DNA of 64,000 bases from Alphaproteobacteria bacterium (GCA_041687435.1 JAWLBX010000004.1:52341-116340), one strand, 5' to 3'; positions 9,349 to 19,722 are shown, counted from the first letter of the stretch. Notes: generated from the letters alone by a model not told the origin. Made by a program: numbers and translations.

Positions 9349-11187
9349 ATGGGGTTGGTGCGGGTTCTGTTATGGATCGCGGGTGCCGTGGTGGTCGTCT
9401 ATATCGGCGCGATGATCTGGTTCTGGCCGTCGGGCAACCTGGAACCCATCGCCTATGATAAGGCGGATGCCAGTGTTCTGGACCTTAGCTATGGCAATGG
9501 TCTGGACGAGGCCAAAAGGGAAGAATTTTACCACACCAGCCAGGGGTCGGAGATTTTTCCCATTCGCCTGATGCGCGCGTTGACCGATCCGAAGACCGGC
9601 AAGCCGTTCATGCAGGATCTGGAGCGGTTCGGCTTGATGCCGGACCCGGCACGCGACGATGGCCTGGCTGTCGGCCTGACGCTCACCAGGAACGATTTCA
9701 CCGCCGGTCTGGATATGGTGGGCATCACCTGCGCCGCCTGCCACACGGGCGAATTTCGCTATAATGGCAAGGGCGTTCGTGTCGATGGGGCGCCCAACAT
9801 GTTCGACATGCAGACTTTTTATGCCGACATGTTCGGCGCCGTGCTGGCGCTCGAAAACAACCGCGATTTGCGCCGCCAGTTTGCCGAACGCCTGTTCCAG
9901 CAAAGCTATGGCGAATACGGCCTGCTGGCGCCGGTTATGCGCCCGGCGGTGCTGCTGGGGCAGGCGGTAGGCCTGTTGACGCATATCGACGAGATCAAGG
10001 CGCGGGCCAGTCTGGCCGGCGTGATCGCCAAGGCCATCCAGCGGCGCAATGCCAAGCCTGAATGTCAGGGGCCGGATGCGCAGTGTACCTCCGGTTTCGG
10101 GCGGCTGGATGCGTTCAATGGCACCCGCAATTTCATCCTGGCCCAGTTGAGCGACGACAATTTGGTCGAATTGAACGCGCCGTCGAAGTTCCCGCCGGTC
10201 TGGGGTTTTAAGGATTACCGCTGGGTGGAATGGACGCTCAACACCAACTCGGTCATGGAGCGCAATTTTACCGAGACGATGGGTGCGGGCGCGACCGTCA
10301 AGCTGCTGCCCGACACTGGCGCGGATCGATTTGCGAGTTCGATTCCGGTCCGGAATATGCACAAGCTGGAGCGCCTGTCCTACCATATCGAGCCGCCGAA
10401 ATGGCCCGGGCACGTGTTCGGCGAAATTGACACGGCGCTGGCCGAACAGGGCAAGGCGATCTATGCCCGCACTTGCGCGGGCTGCCATGACTACGGGACG
10501 GCGGACTATGACGCGAACGGCCTGCTGGAATTGCGCGCCTTTGCGCCCGGACTGGAGACGCCGATCCCCGGCACGCCTTCGGTAGGCACCGATGCAAGCG
10601 TGGCGTTGACGGTGGCCTGCCCGGTCCCGAATCCTGGCGACCTGCCGGTGAAGAAGCGGTCCTACACGGCGGAACAGGCAACCTTGCTGAAGGATTGCAA
10701 AGGCGTGACCGCGGGCCAGCCGTTCGACGGCTATGCCTTTGCCGATGTCGTTTCGGTTGCCGTCAATGCGGTGAAGGCCAAGGCCTACGAGGCGGAAGGC
10801 GTGACGGAGGCCGAACGGCGCGAGTTCGAGGATACGGACCGGCGCGGCGGCATCTATTGGCGCGATACCATCCTCGACGATGGTCGCCCCTATGCGGCGC
10901 GGCCGTTGCATGGGGTCTGGGCGGCAGCACCATATTTGCACAATGGCTCCGTGCCCACCCTGGCGGACCTGCTGACGCCGCCGGAGGACCGGCCCAAAAC
11001 CTTCCCGATTGGCCAGCGTGACTACGACCCGGTCAAGGTCGGCTTTGAAACCGACCTGCCAAGGGAAAAGGTTAAGTACACGGTAGATACAACCCAAACG
11101 GGTAATGGCAATGGCGGCCATGTCTATGGCACGGCGTTGCCCGATGGCGAGAAAAAGGCGCTGCTGGAATATCTCAAGACGTTGTAG
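9349..11187 (+). CDS. Membrane-anchored di-heme c-type protein, RoxA/MauG (CcP superfamily)-like
   Basis: N-terminal TM; CAACH and CAGCH heme motifs; YAARPLHGVWAAAPYLHNGSVPTL MauG-type motif; GNGNGGH and ALLEYLKTL C-terminus; GGAGG RBS. Confidence 0.85.
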   Translation: MGLVRVLLWIAGAVVVVYIGAMIWFWPSGNLEPIAYDKADASVLDLSYGNGLDEAKREEFYHTSQGSEIFPIRLMRALTDPKTGKPFMQDLERFGLMPDPARDDGLAVGLTLTRNDFTAGLDMVGITCAACHTGEFRYNGKGVRVDGAPNMFDMQTFYADMFGAVLALENNRDLRRQFAERLFQQSYGEYGLLAPVMRPAVLLGQAVGLLTHIDEIKARASLAGVIAKAIQRRNAKPECQGPDAQCTSGFGRLDAFNGTRNFILAQLSDDNLVELNAPSKFPPVWGFKDYRWVEWTLNTNSVMERNFTETMGAGATVKLLPDTGADRFASSIPVRNMHKLERLSYHIEPPKWPGHVFGEIDTALAEQGKAIYARTCAGCHDYGTADYDANGLLELRAFAPGLETPIPGTPSVGTDASVALTVACPVPNPGDLPVKKRSYTAEQATLLKDCKGVTAGQPFDGYAFADVVSVAVNAVKAKAYEAEGVTEAERREFEDTDRRGGIYWRDTILDDGRPYAARPLHGVWAAAPYLHNGSVPTLADLLTPPEDRPKTFPIGQRDYDPVKVGFETDLPREKVKYTVDTTQTGNGNGGHVYGTALPDGEKKALLEYLKTL

Positions 11188-11197
11188 CGGATGTGTT

Positions 11198-12550
11198 TCA
11201 CCCGCCGACGGCAACCATGACCTTGTCCGGGAACACCTTGAGTTGGCCAGCCATCTCCGGCGTGCCGGCGAGCCGCAAGCCATCCTGAGCCAGTAGCGGC
11301 TTCAGGATCTGCGGGATTTGGATCTTACTGATATAGCGGCCGAAACAGGCATGGCGCCCGGTGGCGAAATGCAGGTAATGGCTGGTCGGCCGGCCGGGCT
11401 TGAACTCTGCCGGCGCATCGAGCATGCGCTCGTCGAACATGGCGGACCAAGTGAGATTGAACACCACCGCACCAGCTGGCAGCCGGGTTTCATGCGGTTC
11501 GCCAGCACCTAGCGTGTAATCCTGCTTCAGCACCCGCACCACAAGCGGGTTGATCGGGCGGAAGCGCAACGCCTCGAACACGATAGCGGCGAGCTTTTCA
11601 TCCTCGCCAGCCTTGGCGGCGGCCTGGGCTGCGGCCAGCATCGGCGGCTGGCTCAGCATGACGAGCAGCGCGGCATTGCACGCTTGGTTCGTCGTCTCGT
11701 CCATTCCGATCAGGCAGCCCTGCAAGGTACGGATGATGCCGTCATCGTCGAAGCAGAGCGCATCGCCGCTTTTCTGCTGCGCCAGCAGGCGGCCCAGTAC
11801 GTCGTCCCGTTCCTCGCCCGATTCGCGGCGGGCGGCGATCAGCGCGGCGAGGGATTCCCGGCTCTCCGCGCCAGCTTCGACCGCTGCTTCGCGCACCGCC
11901 GGCACTTTGTCGAGATTGACGAAGAACTCCTCGAACGCGGCGCGCGCCCAGCGTTTCATGTCGTCATCCGGCGCTTCGAAGCCGAAATACTCATGGGCGA
12001 CTCGCAAGGGAACGATGCGGGTCAAGGTCTGCACGATATCGAACGGCTGACCGGTTGCGGCCAGGTCATCGACGATGTGCGCGGCATGACGTGAGACGAT
12101 CTCCTGGATGCGCGGCAGATCCTCCCGCCGGATCGCGAGGCGCATGGCCGAAATGTCATGATCGTACTGCGGAGTGATGTCCTGGCTTAGGATAAATGGG
12201 CCAATGACGCCGGTCATGTTCGGCAGGTAGGGCACACCGAACATGGTTTCGCGGTGCAGGATTTCCTCCACATCACGAAATCGCGATACCAGCCAGAAGG
12301 GCCCTGCCTGCATGATCGGGCGATGGTCCCGCAACTCGGCGAAGAAGGGCAGGGCGTTGTCGCGGATTTGGGCGCGGACGAATCCGGCCTGCTGCAACGC
12401 AATCTGTTGCTGGTCCCCACCCTCGGCTGCGATGGCGTCGAACTGGTCGAGAATTGGCGTGCTCGGTTTGGGAGGCGTGGGCGATGTCGCAGGGTTGTCT
12501 TTATCTTCGCGGCCGCACAGCAACCGCGTCAGGGCATGGATGATGGACAT
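11198..12550 (-). CDS. Cytochrome P450
   Basis: I-helix GMDETT, K-helix EALR, heme loop HFATGRHACFG. Confidence 0.93.
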   Translation of the reverse strand: MSIIHALTRLLCGREDKDNPATSPTPPKPSTPILDQFDAIAAEGGDQQQIALQQAGFVRAQIRDNALPFFAELRDHRPIMQAGPFWLVSRFRDVEEILHRETMFGVPYLPNMTGVIGPFILSQDITPQYDHDISAMRLAIRREDLPRIQEIVSRHAAHIVDDLAATGQPFDIVQTLTRIVPLRVAHEYFGFEAPDDDMKRWARAAFEEFFVNLDKVPAVREAAVEAGAESRESLAALIAARRESGEERDDVLGRLLAQQKSGDALCFDDDGIIRTLQGCLIGMDETTNQACNAALLVMLSQPPMLAAAQAAAKAGEDEKLAAIVFEALRFRPINPLVVRVLKQDYTLGAGEPHETRLPAGAVVFNLTWSAMFDERMLDAPAEFKPGRPTSHYLHFATGRHACFGRYISKIQIPQILKPLLAQDGLRLAGTPEMAGQLKVFPDKVMVAVGG

Positions 12551-12673
12551 GGACCGTGCCTCCTCAATTCGCCTTGCCGCTCTGGGGTTGCAAGGGTGCC
12601 GACGGCGGATCGCCGATCGAAAAACAATACTCCTGTCCGGCGGTCGTGTCACGGCGATGGCTGGCCGCTTGCG

Positions 12674-13339
12674 CTATGGTTGCGCCAGCGCATGCACCCG
12701 CTGCGGCCCCAGGGCGAGGGCGACAGGGCGTTTCGGGAACAGGCGGCGGATTGCGGCGTTGCGGATGTCCAACCCGCCGGTCAGCGAGCCGAATGCCGGC
12801 AGCACGACCTGCCGCCCGTCGGTGACAAAACAGCGGGCGCTGATGCGGCGGGCGCGGGTGGCAATGCGCACTTTCGGATGCAGATGACCCGCAACTTCCC
12901 CACAGGTGCCGGGGCTGGGCTCGTGCCGGAAGATTAGCGGGCCGATACGCAGTTCGCGGGCGCTCTCGCCCCCGAATCCGGCCGGCGGTTCGGGATCGTG
13001 ATTGCCAAGCAGCCACGTCCAGCGCGCACAGGCGGAAACCAGGGTGCGGAGGCGTGCGGCCACCTCTGGCGCGAGCCGGCCTGTGGCTGCGATGTCGTGG
13101 AACGTATCGCCCAGGGTCACCACGTGATTTGGCTGCCGGCGTTCCAGCACCTCAGCCAACCGGGCGAGCGTTGCCTGGCTGTCATAGGGCGGCAGCAGAA
13201 CGCCGCCAGCCGCATAGGCCGACGCTTTCTCCAGATGCAGATCGGCGACAGCCAACAGACGCTGCGCCGGCCACCAGAGGGCGCCGCTCGGGTCGGCAGT
13301 CAAATGGGTTCCGTGGAGGGGAAATTCATGGTCCGTCAT
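12674..13339 (-). CDS. pdeM: Ligase-associated DNA damage response metallophosphoesterase PdeM
   Basis: ADLHLEK, LPPYD, LGDTFHD, GNHD, RHEP, GHLHPK and PAFG motifs. Confidence 0.85.
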   Translation of the reverse strand: MTDHEFPLHGTHLTADPSGALWWPAQRLLAVADLHLEKASAYAAGGVLLPPYDSQATLARLAEVLERRQPNHVVTLGDTFHDIAATGRLAPEVAARLRTLVSACARWTWLLGNHDPEPPAGFGGESARELRIGPLIFRHEPSPGTCGEVAGHLHPKVRIATRARRISARCFVTDGRQVVLPAFGSLTGGLDIRNAAIRRLFPKRPVALALGPQRVHALAQP

Positions 13340-13483
13340 GCAGATGCAACCTGCACGTCGATGCCGGGTTGGCTGTGTGGCGGATTGACGCTTGCGACCG
13401 GGCGCTGATTTGAGTGTCACGCTGAGTTCGGCTAGACGAGAGCATCCCTATAGGTCCCTCGATACACTGGGGAAGGAGTGAGG

Positions 13484-14038
13484 ATGGCGGACGCCGTACA
13501 CGGGGCGGATCATCAGGACGATGATGGTGGCACCCGACGCGATTTTTTGATGATGGCCACTGCCGCCATGGGCGCGGTTGGCGTTGGGGCTGCGGTTTGG
13601 CCGCTGATCGACTCGCTGAACCCGGCAGCGGATGCGCTTGCCGTGTCCACCGTCGAAGTCGATCTGGCGCCGATCGCTGTTGGCCAGGCGGTTACAATTA
13701 TGTGGCGCGGTTCCCCCGTGTTCATTCGCCATCGAACGGCGAAGGAAATCGAGGTCGCCCAGGGTGTGGATCTTGGCGACTTGCCGGATCCGGCCACCGA
13801 TGACAGCAGGGTGGAAAAGCCGGAATGGCTGGTCCTGGTCGGTGTGTGCACGCACCTCGGCTGCATTCCGCTGGGTCAGAAGGTGTCGGACAAGAAGGGC
13901 GATTACGATGGCTGGTTCTGTCCCTGCCATGGCTCGCACTACGACACGTCCGGCCGTATTCGCAAAGGGCCGGCGCCGTTGAACCTTCCGGTGCCGCCTT
14001 ATGAATTCGAGTCCGACACGCTCATCAAGATTGGGTAA
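13484..14038 (+). CDS. petA: Rieske Fe-S subunit of cytochrome bc1
   Basis: Tat motif TRRDFL; CTHLGC and CPCHGS. Confidence 0.98.
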   Translation: MADAVHGADHQDDDGGTRRDFLMMATAAMGAVGVGAAVWPLIDSLNPAADALAVSTVEVDLAPIAVGQAVTIMWRGSPVFIRHRTAKEIEVAQGVDLGDLPDPATDDSRVEKPEWLVLVGVCTHLGCIPLGQKVSDKKGDYDGWFCPCHGSHYDTSGRIRKGPAPLNLPVPPYEFESDTLIKIG

Positions 14039-14043
14039 GCGCC

Positions 14044-15333
14044 ATGGCCGACAGCAACACACCGCACACTGAGATCAAGAATCCAGTGTTGAAGTGGGTC
14101 GATGACCGCCTGCCGGTGGTCACGATGATGAACCACGCGACCGTGGATTATCCGACACCGCGTAACCTGAATTACTGGTGGAATTTCGGCTCGCTGGCCG
14201 GATTTTGCCTGGTGCTGATGATCGCAACGGGCTTGGTGCTGGCGATGCACTATACCCCGCACGTGGATCACGCCTTCGCCAGCGTCGAGCGCATCATGCG
14301 CGACGTGAATTTCGGCTGGGCGCTGCGTTTCGTTCACATGAACGGCGCCAGCTTCTTTTTCATCGTCGTCTACATCCACATCTTCCGCGGGCTCTATTAC
14401 GGCTCCTACAAGTCACCGCGCGAGTTGCTGTGGATTCTGGGCGTCTTGATTCTGGTTCTGATGATGGCCACCGCGTTCATGGGCTATGTATTGCCCTGGG
14501 GCCAGATGAGCTTCTGGGGTGCCAAGGTCATCACCAACCTGTTCTCCGCCATTCCGCTGGTGGGTGAGAGCGTGGTGACATGGCTGTGGGGCGGTTTCTC
14601 GGTCGACAATCCGACATTGAATCGCTTCTTCGTGCTGCACTTCCTGCTGCCGTTTGTGATCTTTGCCGTGGTGTTCCTGCACATCGTCGCGCTGCACAAG
14701 CATGGCTCGAACAACCCGCTCGGCATCGACATGAAAGGCCCACAGGATTCGATCCCCTTCCATCCGTACTACACGGTGAAGGACTATTTCGGCCTTGGCG
14801 TGTTTCTGACGATTTTCGCCGCTGTGGTGTTCTATGCGCCTGATTATATGGGGCATCCGGACAACTATATCGAAGCGAACCCGCTTCAAACCCCGCCGCA
14901 TATTGTGCCTGAATGGTACTTCCTGCCGTTCTACGCGATCCTGCGCGCTGTTCCGGACAAGCTGTTCGGCGTGATCGCGATGTTCGCGGCGATTGCGGTG
15001 CTGTTCATCCTGCCCTGGCTCGACCGTTCGCCCGTGCGCTCGATGCGGTTCCGGCCTATCAGCAAGTGGTTCTTCTGGCTGTTCGCCGCGAACGCCGTCC
15101 TGCTCGGCTGGTGCGGCGCCAACGCGCCGGACGATGTCTGGCTCGGTATGGAATTCGTGGTGTGGAGCCGGATCGGCACCATCTACTACTTCCTGCACTT
15201 CCTGGTGATCATTCCCTATCTGGGCCTGTTCGAGCGGCCGAAACAGCCACCCGCCAGCATTGCCGAGCCCGTTCTCGGCGGTGGATCCGGTGCCGCCGCC
15301 GCCGCTGCCGCCAAGCCGATGGAGAAAGCCTGA
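14044..15333 (+). CDS. petB: Cytochrome b of bc1
   Basis: WNFGSL, HMNGAS, PEWY motif. Confidence 0.98.
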   Translation: MADSNTPHTEIKNPVLKWVDDRLPVVTMMNHATVDYPTPRNLNYWWNFGSLAGFCLVLMIATGLVLAMHYTPHVDHAFASVERIMRDVNFGWALRFVHMNGASFFFIVVYIHIFRGLYYGSYKSPRELLWILGVLILVLMMATAFMGYVLPWGQMSFWGAKVITNLFSAIPLVGESVVTWLWGGFSVDNPTLNRFFVLHFLLPFVIFAVVFLHIVALHKHGSNNPLGIDMKGPQDSIPFHPYYTVKDYFGLGVFLTIFAAVVFYAPDYMGHPDNYIEANPLQTPPHIVPEWYFLPFYAILRAVPDKLFGVIAMFAAIAVLFILPWLDRSPVRSMRFRPISKWFFWLFAANAVLLGWCGANAPDDVWLGMEFVVWSRIGTIYYFLHFLVIIPYLGLFERPKQPPASIAEPVLGGGSGAAAAAAAKPMEKA

Positions 15334-16100
15334 TGCGTATCCTTCGCTTTGCTCAGGCGGCCGCTGCTGCTGCTGTGGTCGCATTGTCCGCGCCTGCCGC
15401 CTCGGCGGCCGGTGGGGGCATCGAATACGAAAGCCAGGACTGGTCCTTCAGCGGTATGTTCGGCACAATCGACCTTGCCGCGGCCCAGCGTGGCTATCAG
15501 GTCTACCGGGAGGTTTGTGCCAGCTGTCACGCAATGGACCTGATGGCCTACCGCTATCTGGAAGGGATCGGCGTACCGGAAGAAGCCGTAAAGGCGCTTG
15601 CTTCCCAGGCTGAGATCGCAACGCTGGATGACTACGGCGAACAGACCACGCGGCCCCGTCTGCCGTCGGATCGCTTCCCCAATCCGTTCCCGAACGAGAA
15701 AGCCGCCCGCGCAGCCAATGGCGGTGCCTTGCCGCCGGACCTGTCGCTGATTGCGAAGGCTCGGGCCGACGGGCCAAACTATCTCTACGCCTTGCTGACC
15801 GGCTATCACGATGCGCCTGCGGGCTTTGAGCTCAACGAAGGCATGTATTACAATGCTGCCTTCGATGGGCATCAGATCGCGATGGCGCCGCCGCTGTACG
15901 AGGATGGTGTGACCTTTGCTGACGGTACGCCGGCAACGGTCGACCAAATGGCACGCGACCTCACCACCTTTCTGGTGTATGCCGCGGAACCGCACATGGA
16001 CGAGCGCAAGCGCACCGGTCTGAAGGTCGTGCTGTTCCTGTTCATCCTGACCGTGATGCTGTACTTCGTGAAAAAGAAGGTGTGGGCGGACGTCCACTAG
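15333..16100 (+). CDS. petC: Cytochrome c1
   Basis: Start overlaps petB stop (TGATG); signal peptide, CASCH, PPDLS, MAPP, C-terminal TM. Confidence 0.97.
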   Translation: MRILRFAQAAAAAAVVALSAPAASAAGGGIEYESQDWSFSGMFGTIDLAAAQRGYQVYREVCASCHAMDLMAYRYLEGIGVPEEAVKALASQAEIATLDDYGEQTTRPRLPSDRFPNPFPNEKAARAANGGALPPDLSLIAKARADGPNYLYALLTGYHDAPAGFELNEGMYYNAAFDGHQIAMAPPLYEDGVTFADGTPATVDQMARDLTTFLVYAAEPHMDERKRTGLKVVLFLFILTVMLYFVKKKVWADVH

Positions 16101-16131
16101 CCGAACGCGTTTCCAGCGCGTAAGTGTTGCG

Positions 16132-16159
16132 AAGGGCCGCTGTTTCAGGCGGCCCTTTT
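16132..16159 (+). terminator. Rho-independent terminator after petC
   Basis: AAGGGCCGC-TGTTTCAG-GCGGCCCTTTT. Confidence 0.75.
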
Positions 16160-16197
16160 GCTTATGTCAAACCCCTTTTGAGGAAGGAGCCCGAGCC

Positions 16198-17088
16198 ATG
16201 GCCCATTCCCCCGGCACCCCGCCCGTTATCGGCATTATCGGCGGCAGTGGCATTTACGAGATCGACGGGCTGGAGAATGTGCGTTGGCAGCGGGTGCATT
16301 CCCCGTTCGGTGTCGCCTCCGACGCGGTGATGCATGGGGAATTGAACGGCCAGCAACTTGTGTTTCTGCCCCGCCATGGCCGTGGCCATCGTATTCCGCC
16401 GTCTGACCTGAACTACCGCGCCAATATCGACGTTCTGAAGCGCTGCGGCGTCACCGATATCATTTCGCTGTCGGCCGTGGGCTCGTTGAAGGAGGAGTTG
16501 CCGCCCGGAACTTTTGTCCTGATCGACCAGTTCATCGACCGCACCTTCGCCCGGCAGAAAAGTTTTTATGGCAAGGGCTGCGTCGCGCATGTGTCCATGG
16601 CCGACCCGACCTGCTCTCGCCTAATGGAGGCATTGGAAGGCGCCGCACGGGAGGCCGGGATCGAGGCGGTTCGCGGTGGCACGTACCTCACCATGGAAGG
16701 CCCGCAATTTTCCACCCGCGCCGAATCGAGTCTCTACCGCTCCTGGGGCTGCTCTGTCATCGGCATGACCAACATGCCGGAGGCGAAATTGGCGCGCGAG
16801 GCGGAGATGTGTTACACGACGGTCGCCATGGTGACAGACTATGACTGCTGGCACGACGGCCACGACGACGTGACGGTGGAGCACGTGATCAAGGTGCTGG
16901 GCGAGAATGCCGAACGGGCCAAGTCGCTGGTGCAAAAGGTGATCCCGCGGCTCGCCACCCGCAAGGAAACCTGCCATGTGGGTTGCCATACCGCGTTGGA
17001 GGTGGCGATTGTGACGCCGCCGCATGCACGAGACCCTGAAATGGTCGCGCTGCTGGATGCCGTCGCCGGCCGGGTGCTGGGAGCATAG
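16198..17088 (+). CDS. mtnP: S-methyl-5'-thioadenosine phosphorylase
   Basis: GIIGGSG, LPRHGRGH, MEGPQFSTRAES, GMTNMPEAKLAREAE, TDYDCW. Confidence 0.95.
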   Translation: MAHSPGTPPVIGIIGGSGIYEIDGLENVRWQRVHSPFGVASDAVMHGELNGQQLVFLPRHGRGHRIPPSDLNYRANIDVLKRCGVTDIISLSAVGSLKEELPPGTFVLIDQFIDRTFARQKSFYGKGCVAHVSMADPTCSRLMEALEGAAREAGIEAVRGGTYLTMEGPQFSTRAESSLYRSWGCSVIGMTNMPEAKLAREAEMCYTTVAMVTDYDCWHDGHDDVTVEHVIKVLGENAERAKSLVQKVIPRLATRKETCHVGCHTALEVAIVTPPHARDPEMVALLDAVAGRVLGA

Positions 17089-17091
17089 GCC

Positions 17092-18174
17092 ATGCTGGTG
17101 GACGGCACGCCCTACCGGACGATCTGGCCGAACGCCGACGGCTCGGTCGGGATCATCGATCAGACGCGCCTGCCGCATGTGTTCGAGACCGTGACCCTAC
17201 GCGCGATGCCGGAAGCGGCGCATGCGATCAAGGCGATGCTGGTACGCGGCGCGCCGCTGATCGGCGCGACGGCAGCTTATGGCCTGGCGCTGGCGATGCG
17301 GGACGATGCGAGCGACGGCAATCTGGCCGCCGCCTATGACACCCTGTATGCGACGCGCCCAACGGCCGTGAATTTGCGCTGGGCGCTCGACGACTTGCGA
17401 CGTCGCCTTTCTGCCCTGCCGCCGGCTGAACGCGCGGCTGCGGCATGGGCGCGTGCTGGTGAAATCGCCGACGAGGACGCGGCCATTTGCGAAGCCATCG
17501 GCGACCAGGGTCTCAGCCTGATCCAGGAGGCAGCGGCGAAGAAGCCGGGCCAGACCGTCAACATCCTGACCCACTGCAACGCCGGCTGGCTGGCGACTGT
17601 GGATTGGGGTACGGCGCTCGCGCCGATCTACAAGGCGCACGATGCGGGCTTGTCCGTTCATGTCTGGGTGGACGAAACCCGCCCGCGCAACCAGGGCGCC
17701 TCGCTCACAGCCTGGGAACTGGGCCGGCACGGCGTGCCGCACACCTTGGTCGTGGATAATGCCGGCGGCCACCTGATGCAGCGCGGGCAGGTCGATCTCT
17801 GCATCGTCGGCACCGACCGCACCACGGCGAATGGCGATGTCTGCAACAAGATCGGCACCTATCTGAAGGCGCTGGCGGCAAACGCCCACGGCGTGCCTTT
17901 CTACGTCGCCCTGCCGAGCCCGACCATCGACTGGACGCTCGCCAACGGCCTCGCCATTCCCATCGAGGAGCGGGCCGAATCCGAAGTGACCCAGATGTGG
18001 GGCAAGACGCCGGAGGGCGATCTCACCCGCGTCCGCATCACGCCGGAAACCACGCCCGCCGCTAACCCGGCCTTTGATGTAACGCCGGCGGCACTGGTGA
18101 CGGCGCTGATCACCGAGCGCGGTATCTGCGCCGCCTCGCCCAAAGGGCTCAAGGGGCTTTTCCCGGAGGAGTAA
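17092..18174 (+). CDS. mtnA: Methylthioribose-1-phosphate isomerase
   Basis: [44 protein letters not shown]. Confidence 0.96.
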   Translation: MLVDGTPYRTIWPNADGSVGIIDQTRLPHVFETVTLRAMPEAAHAIKAMLVRGAPLIGATAAYGLALAMRDDASDGNLAAAYDTLYATRPTAVNLRWALDDLRRRLSALPPAERAAAAWARAGEIADEDAAICEAIGDQGLSLIQEAAAKKPGQTVNILTHCNAGWLATVDWGTALAPIYKAHDAGLSVHVWVDETRPRNQGASLTAWELGRHGVPHTLVVDNAGGHLMQRGQVDLCIVGTDRTTANGDVCNKIGTYLKALAANAHGVPFYVALPSPTIDWTLANGLAIPIEERAESEVTQMWGKTPEGDLTRVRITPETTPAANPAFDVTPAALVTALITERGICAASPKGLKGLFPEE

Positions 18175-18178
18175 CCGC

Positions 18179-18829
18179 GTGAGCGAAGCGGCATTACGTC
18201 AAAAGGTGGTCGATACCGTCCGCCGGATGAACGCCCTCGGCATCAACCAGGGCACCAGCGGCAACGCCAGCGTCCGGCATGAGGACGGCATGCTCATCAC
18301 CCCCTCCGGCCTGCCCTATGAGGCGATGGCGGCGGGGGATGTGGTGTTCGTCCGGCTCGGCGATGGCGAATACCGCTCGCGCAATGGCCTGAAGCCTTCC
18401 AGCGAATGGCGCTTTCACCGCGATATCCTGGCCGGGCGGGACGACCTGCACGCCGTGGTGCACACCCATGGCCGCGCGGTGACGACGCTCGCCTGTCTGC
18501 ATCAGGAGATCCCGGCGTTTCACTATATGGTGGCGGTGGCCGGGGGGGCGACGATCCGCTGTGCGCCCTACGCCCTGTTCGGCACGCAAGAACTTTCCAA
18601 CCATGCGCTGAAGGCACTGGAAGGGCGCAAGGCCTGCCTGCTCGCCAATCACGGTATGATCGCCTGCGATGTGTCTTTGGAAACGGCGCTGGCGTTGGCG
18701 GTCGAGGTGGAGACGCTGGCCGATACCTACTGGCGCTGCCTGCAGGTGACGCGGCCAGCCATCCTGGACAACGGCCAGATGGCGGAGGTTCTGGAGAAGT
18801 TCAAAACCTACGGCCAGCGCAAGGGCTGA
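18179..18829 (+). CDS. Class II aldolase (FucA-like; likely MTRu-1-P/5-deoxyribulose-1-P aldolase)
   Basis: GTSGNAS, ITPSG, PSSEWRFH, HTH, LANHG; follows mtnA directly. Confidence 0.9.
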   Translation: MSEAALRQKVVDTVRRMNALGINQGTSGNASVRHEDGMLITPSGLPYEAMAAGDVVFVRLGDGEYRSRNGLKPSSEWRFHRDILAGRDDLHAVVHTHGRAVTTLACLHQEIPAFHYMVAVAGGATIRCAPYALFGTQELSNHALKALEGRKACLLANHGMIACDVSLETALALAVEVETLADTYWRCLQVTRPAILDNGQMAEVLEKFKTYGQRKG

Positions 18830-18906
18830 GCGCAGCCCTGTTCCTTCCGGAACTGCGCGCCTATCCTCTGCGGCAATGCCAACCGCAATCGAGGAACCCG
18901 CCCGCC

Positions 18907-19722
18907 ATGTCCGCCGCCGCACCCGAATACGAAGTCTACGCCATCCGCTATGCCGACCAAGGCAACGATCCGGTCGCCGCCGGCAGCATGATGTTGAGCG
19001 CGCCGCACGATCAGATGGTCCCGGGATTGTCGTATTATCTCTACGTCATTGAGGGCGGTGGCCGGACCATCGTCGTCGATACCGGCTTCGCGCCGGTTCT
19101 GACGGAGCGTCTCGGCTCCCGCCTGTTTTTCTCCGGGCCGGACGGCGTGCGGCGGCTGGGGCACGATCCGGCGCAGATCAGCGACCTGATCATCACCCAC
19201 GCCCATTACGACCATGTCGGCAATCTGGAGGATTTCACGGGCGCCACCTTCCATATCGACACCGAGATGATGCCGATTGTCGAGGGCACGGATCCCTGCC
19301 ACTGGTTCTTCCGCCAGGGCTACGGCAAGCGCGATTGCGCCAATATCCGGCGCTACAAGGCCGAGGGGCGGCTGGTCGAGCACGCTAACGTCTCTGTTCC
19401 CTGGCCGGGCATTGAGCTGATCCATATCGGCGGCCATTGCCGCGGCCAGATGGTGATCCGGGTGAACACGCGCCGCGGTCCCATCGTGCTCGCCTCCGAT
19501 GCCGTGCATCTCTACCAGGAATGGGAGGAGGAGCGGCCGTTCAGCGTGTTCTACGACATGAAGGCGATGCTGGACGGCTACGGTACGCTTCGCCAGTTAT
19601 CGGGTGGCAGCCGTACGGAGATGATCGCCGGGCATGACGTGGCGGTGATGAGCATGTTTCCGGCGCCGGCAACGGAGTTGCAGGGCGAGGTGGTGGCGCT
19701 GCACGCGGCCCCGGTGGGATGA
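18907..19722 (+). CDS. MBL-fold metallohydrolase, N-acyl homoserine lactonase family
   Basis: YEVYAIRYA start; VDTG, THAHYDHVG, GGHCRG, ASDAVH, AGHD. Confidence 0.85.
   Translation: MSAAAPEYEVYAIRYADQGNDPVAAGSMMLSAPHDQMVPGLSYYLYVIEGGGRTIVVDTGFAPVLTERLGSRLFFSGPDGVRRLGHDPAQISDLIITHAHYDHVGNLEDFTGATFHIDTEMMPIVEGTDPCHWFFRQGYGKRDCANIRRYKAEGRLVEHANVSVPWPGIELIHIGGHCRGQMVIRVNTRRGPIVLASDAVHLYQEWEEERPFSVFYDMKAMLDGYGTLRQLSGGSRTEMIAGHDVAVMSMFPAPATELQGEVVALHAAPVG

Noticed and set aside
9370-11283. 637-aa ORF antisense to the di-heme protein
   Set aside because: Same shadow-ORF effect; the plus-strand gene has an RBS, a TM helix and heme motifs.
9200-13400. Integrative element at tRNA-Ile2
   Set aside because: No integrase is present and I did not notice a duplicated tRNA 3' end. 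At most this is an old islet.
15280-15410. GCC/GCT trinucleotide runs
   Set aside because: They simply encode poly-Ala at the PetB C-terminus and in the PetC signal peptide.
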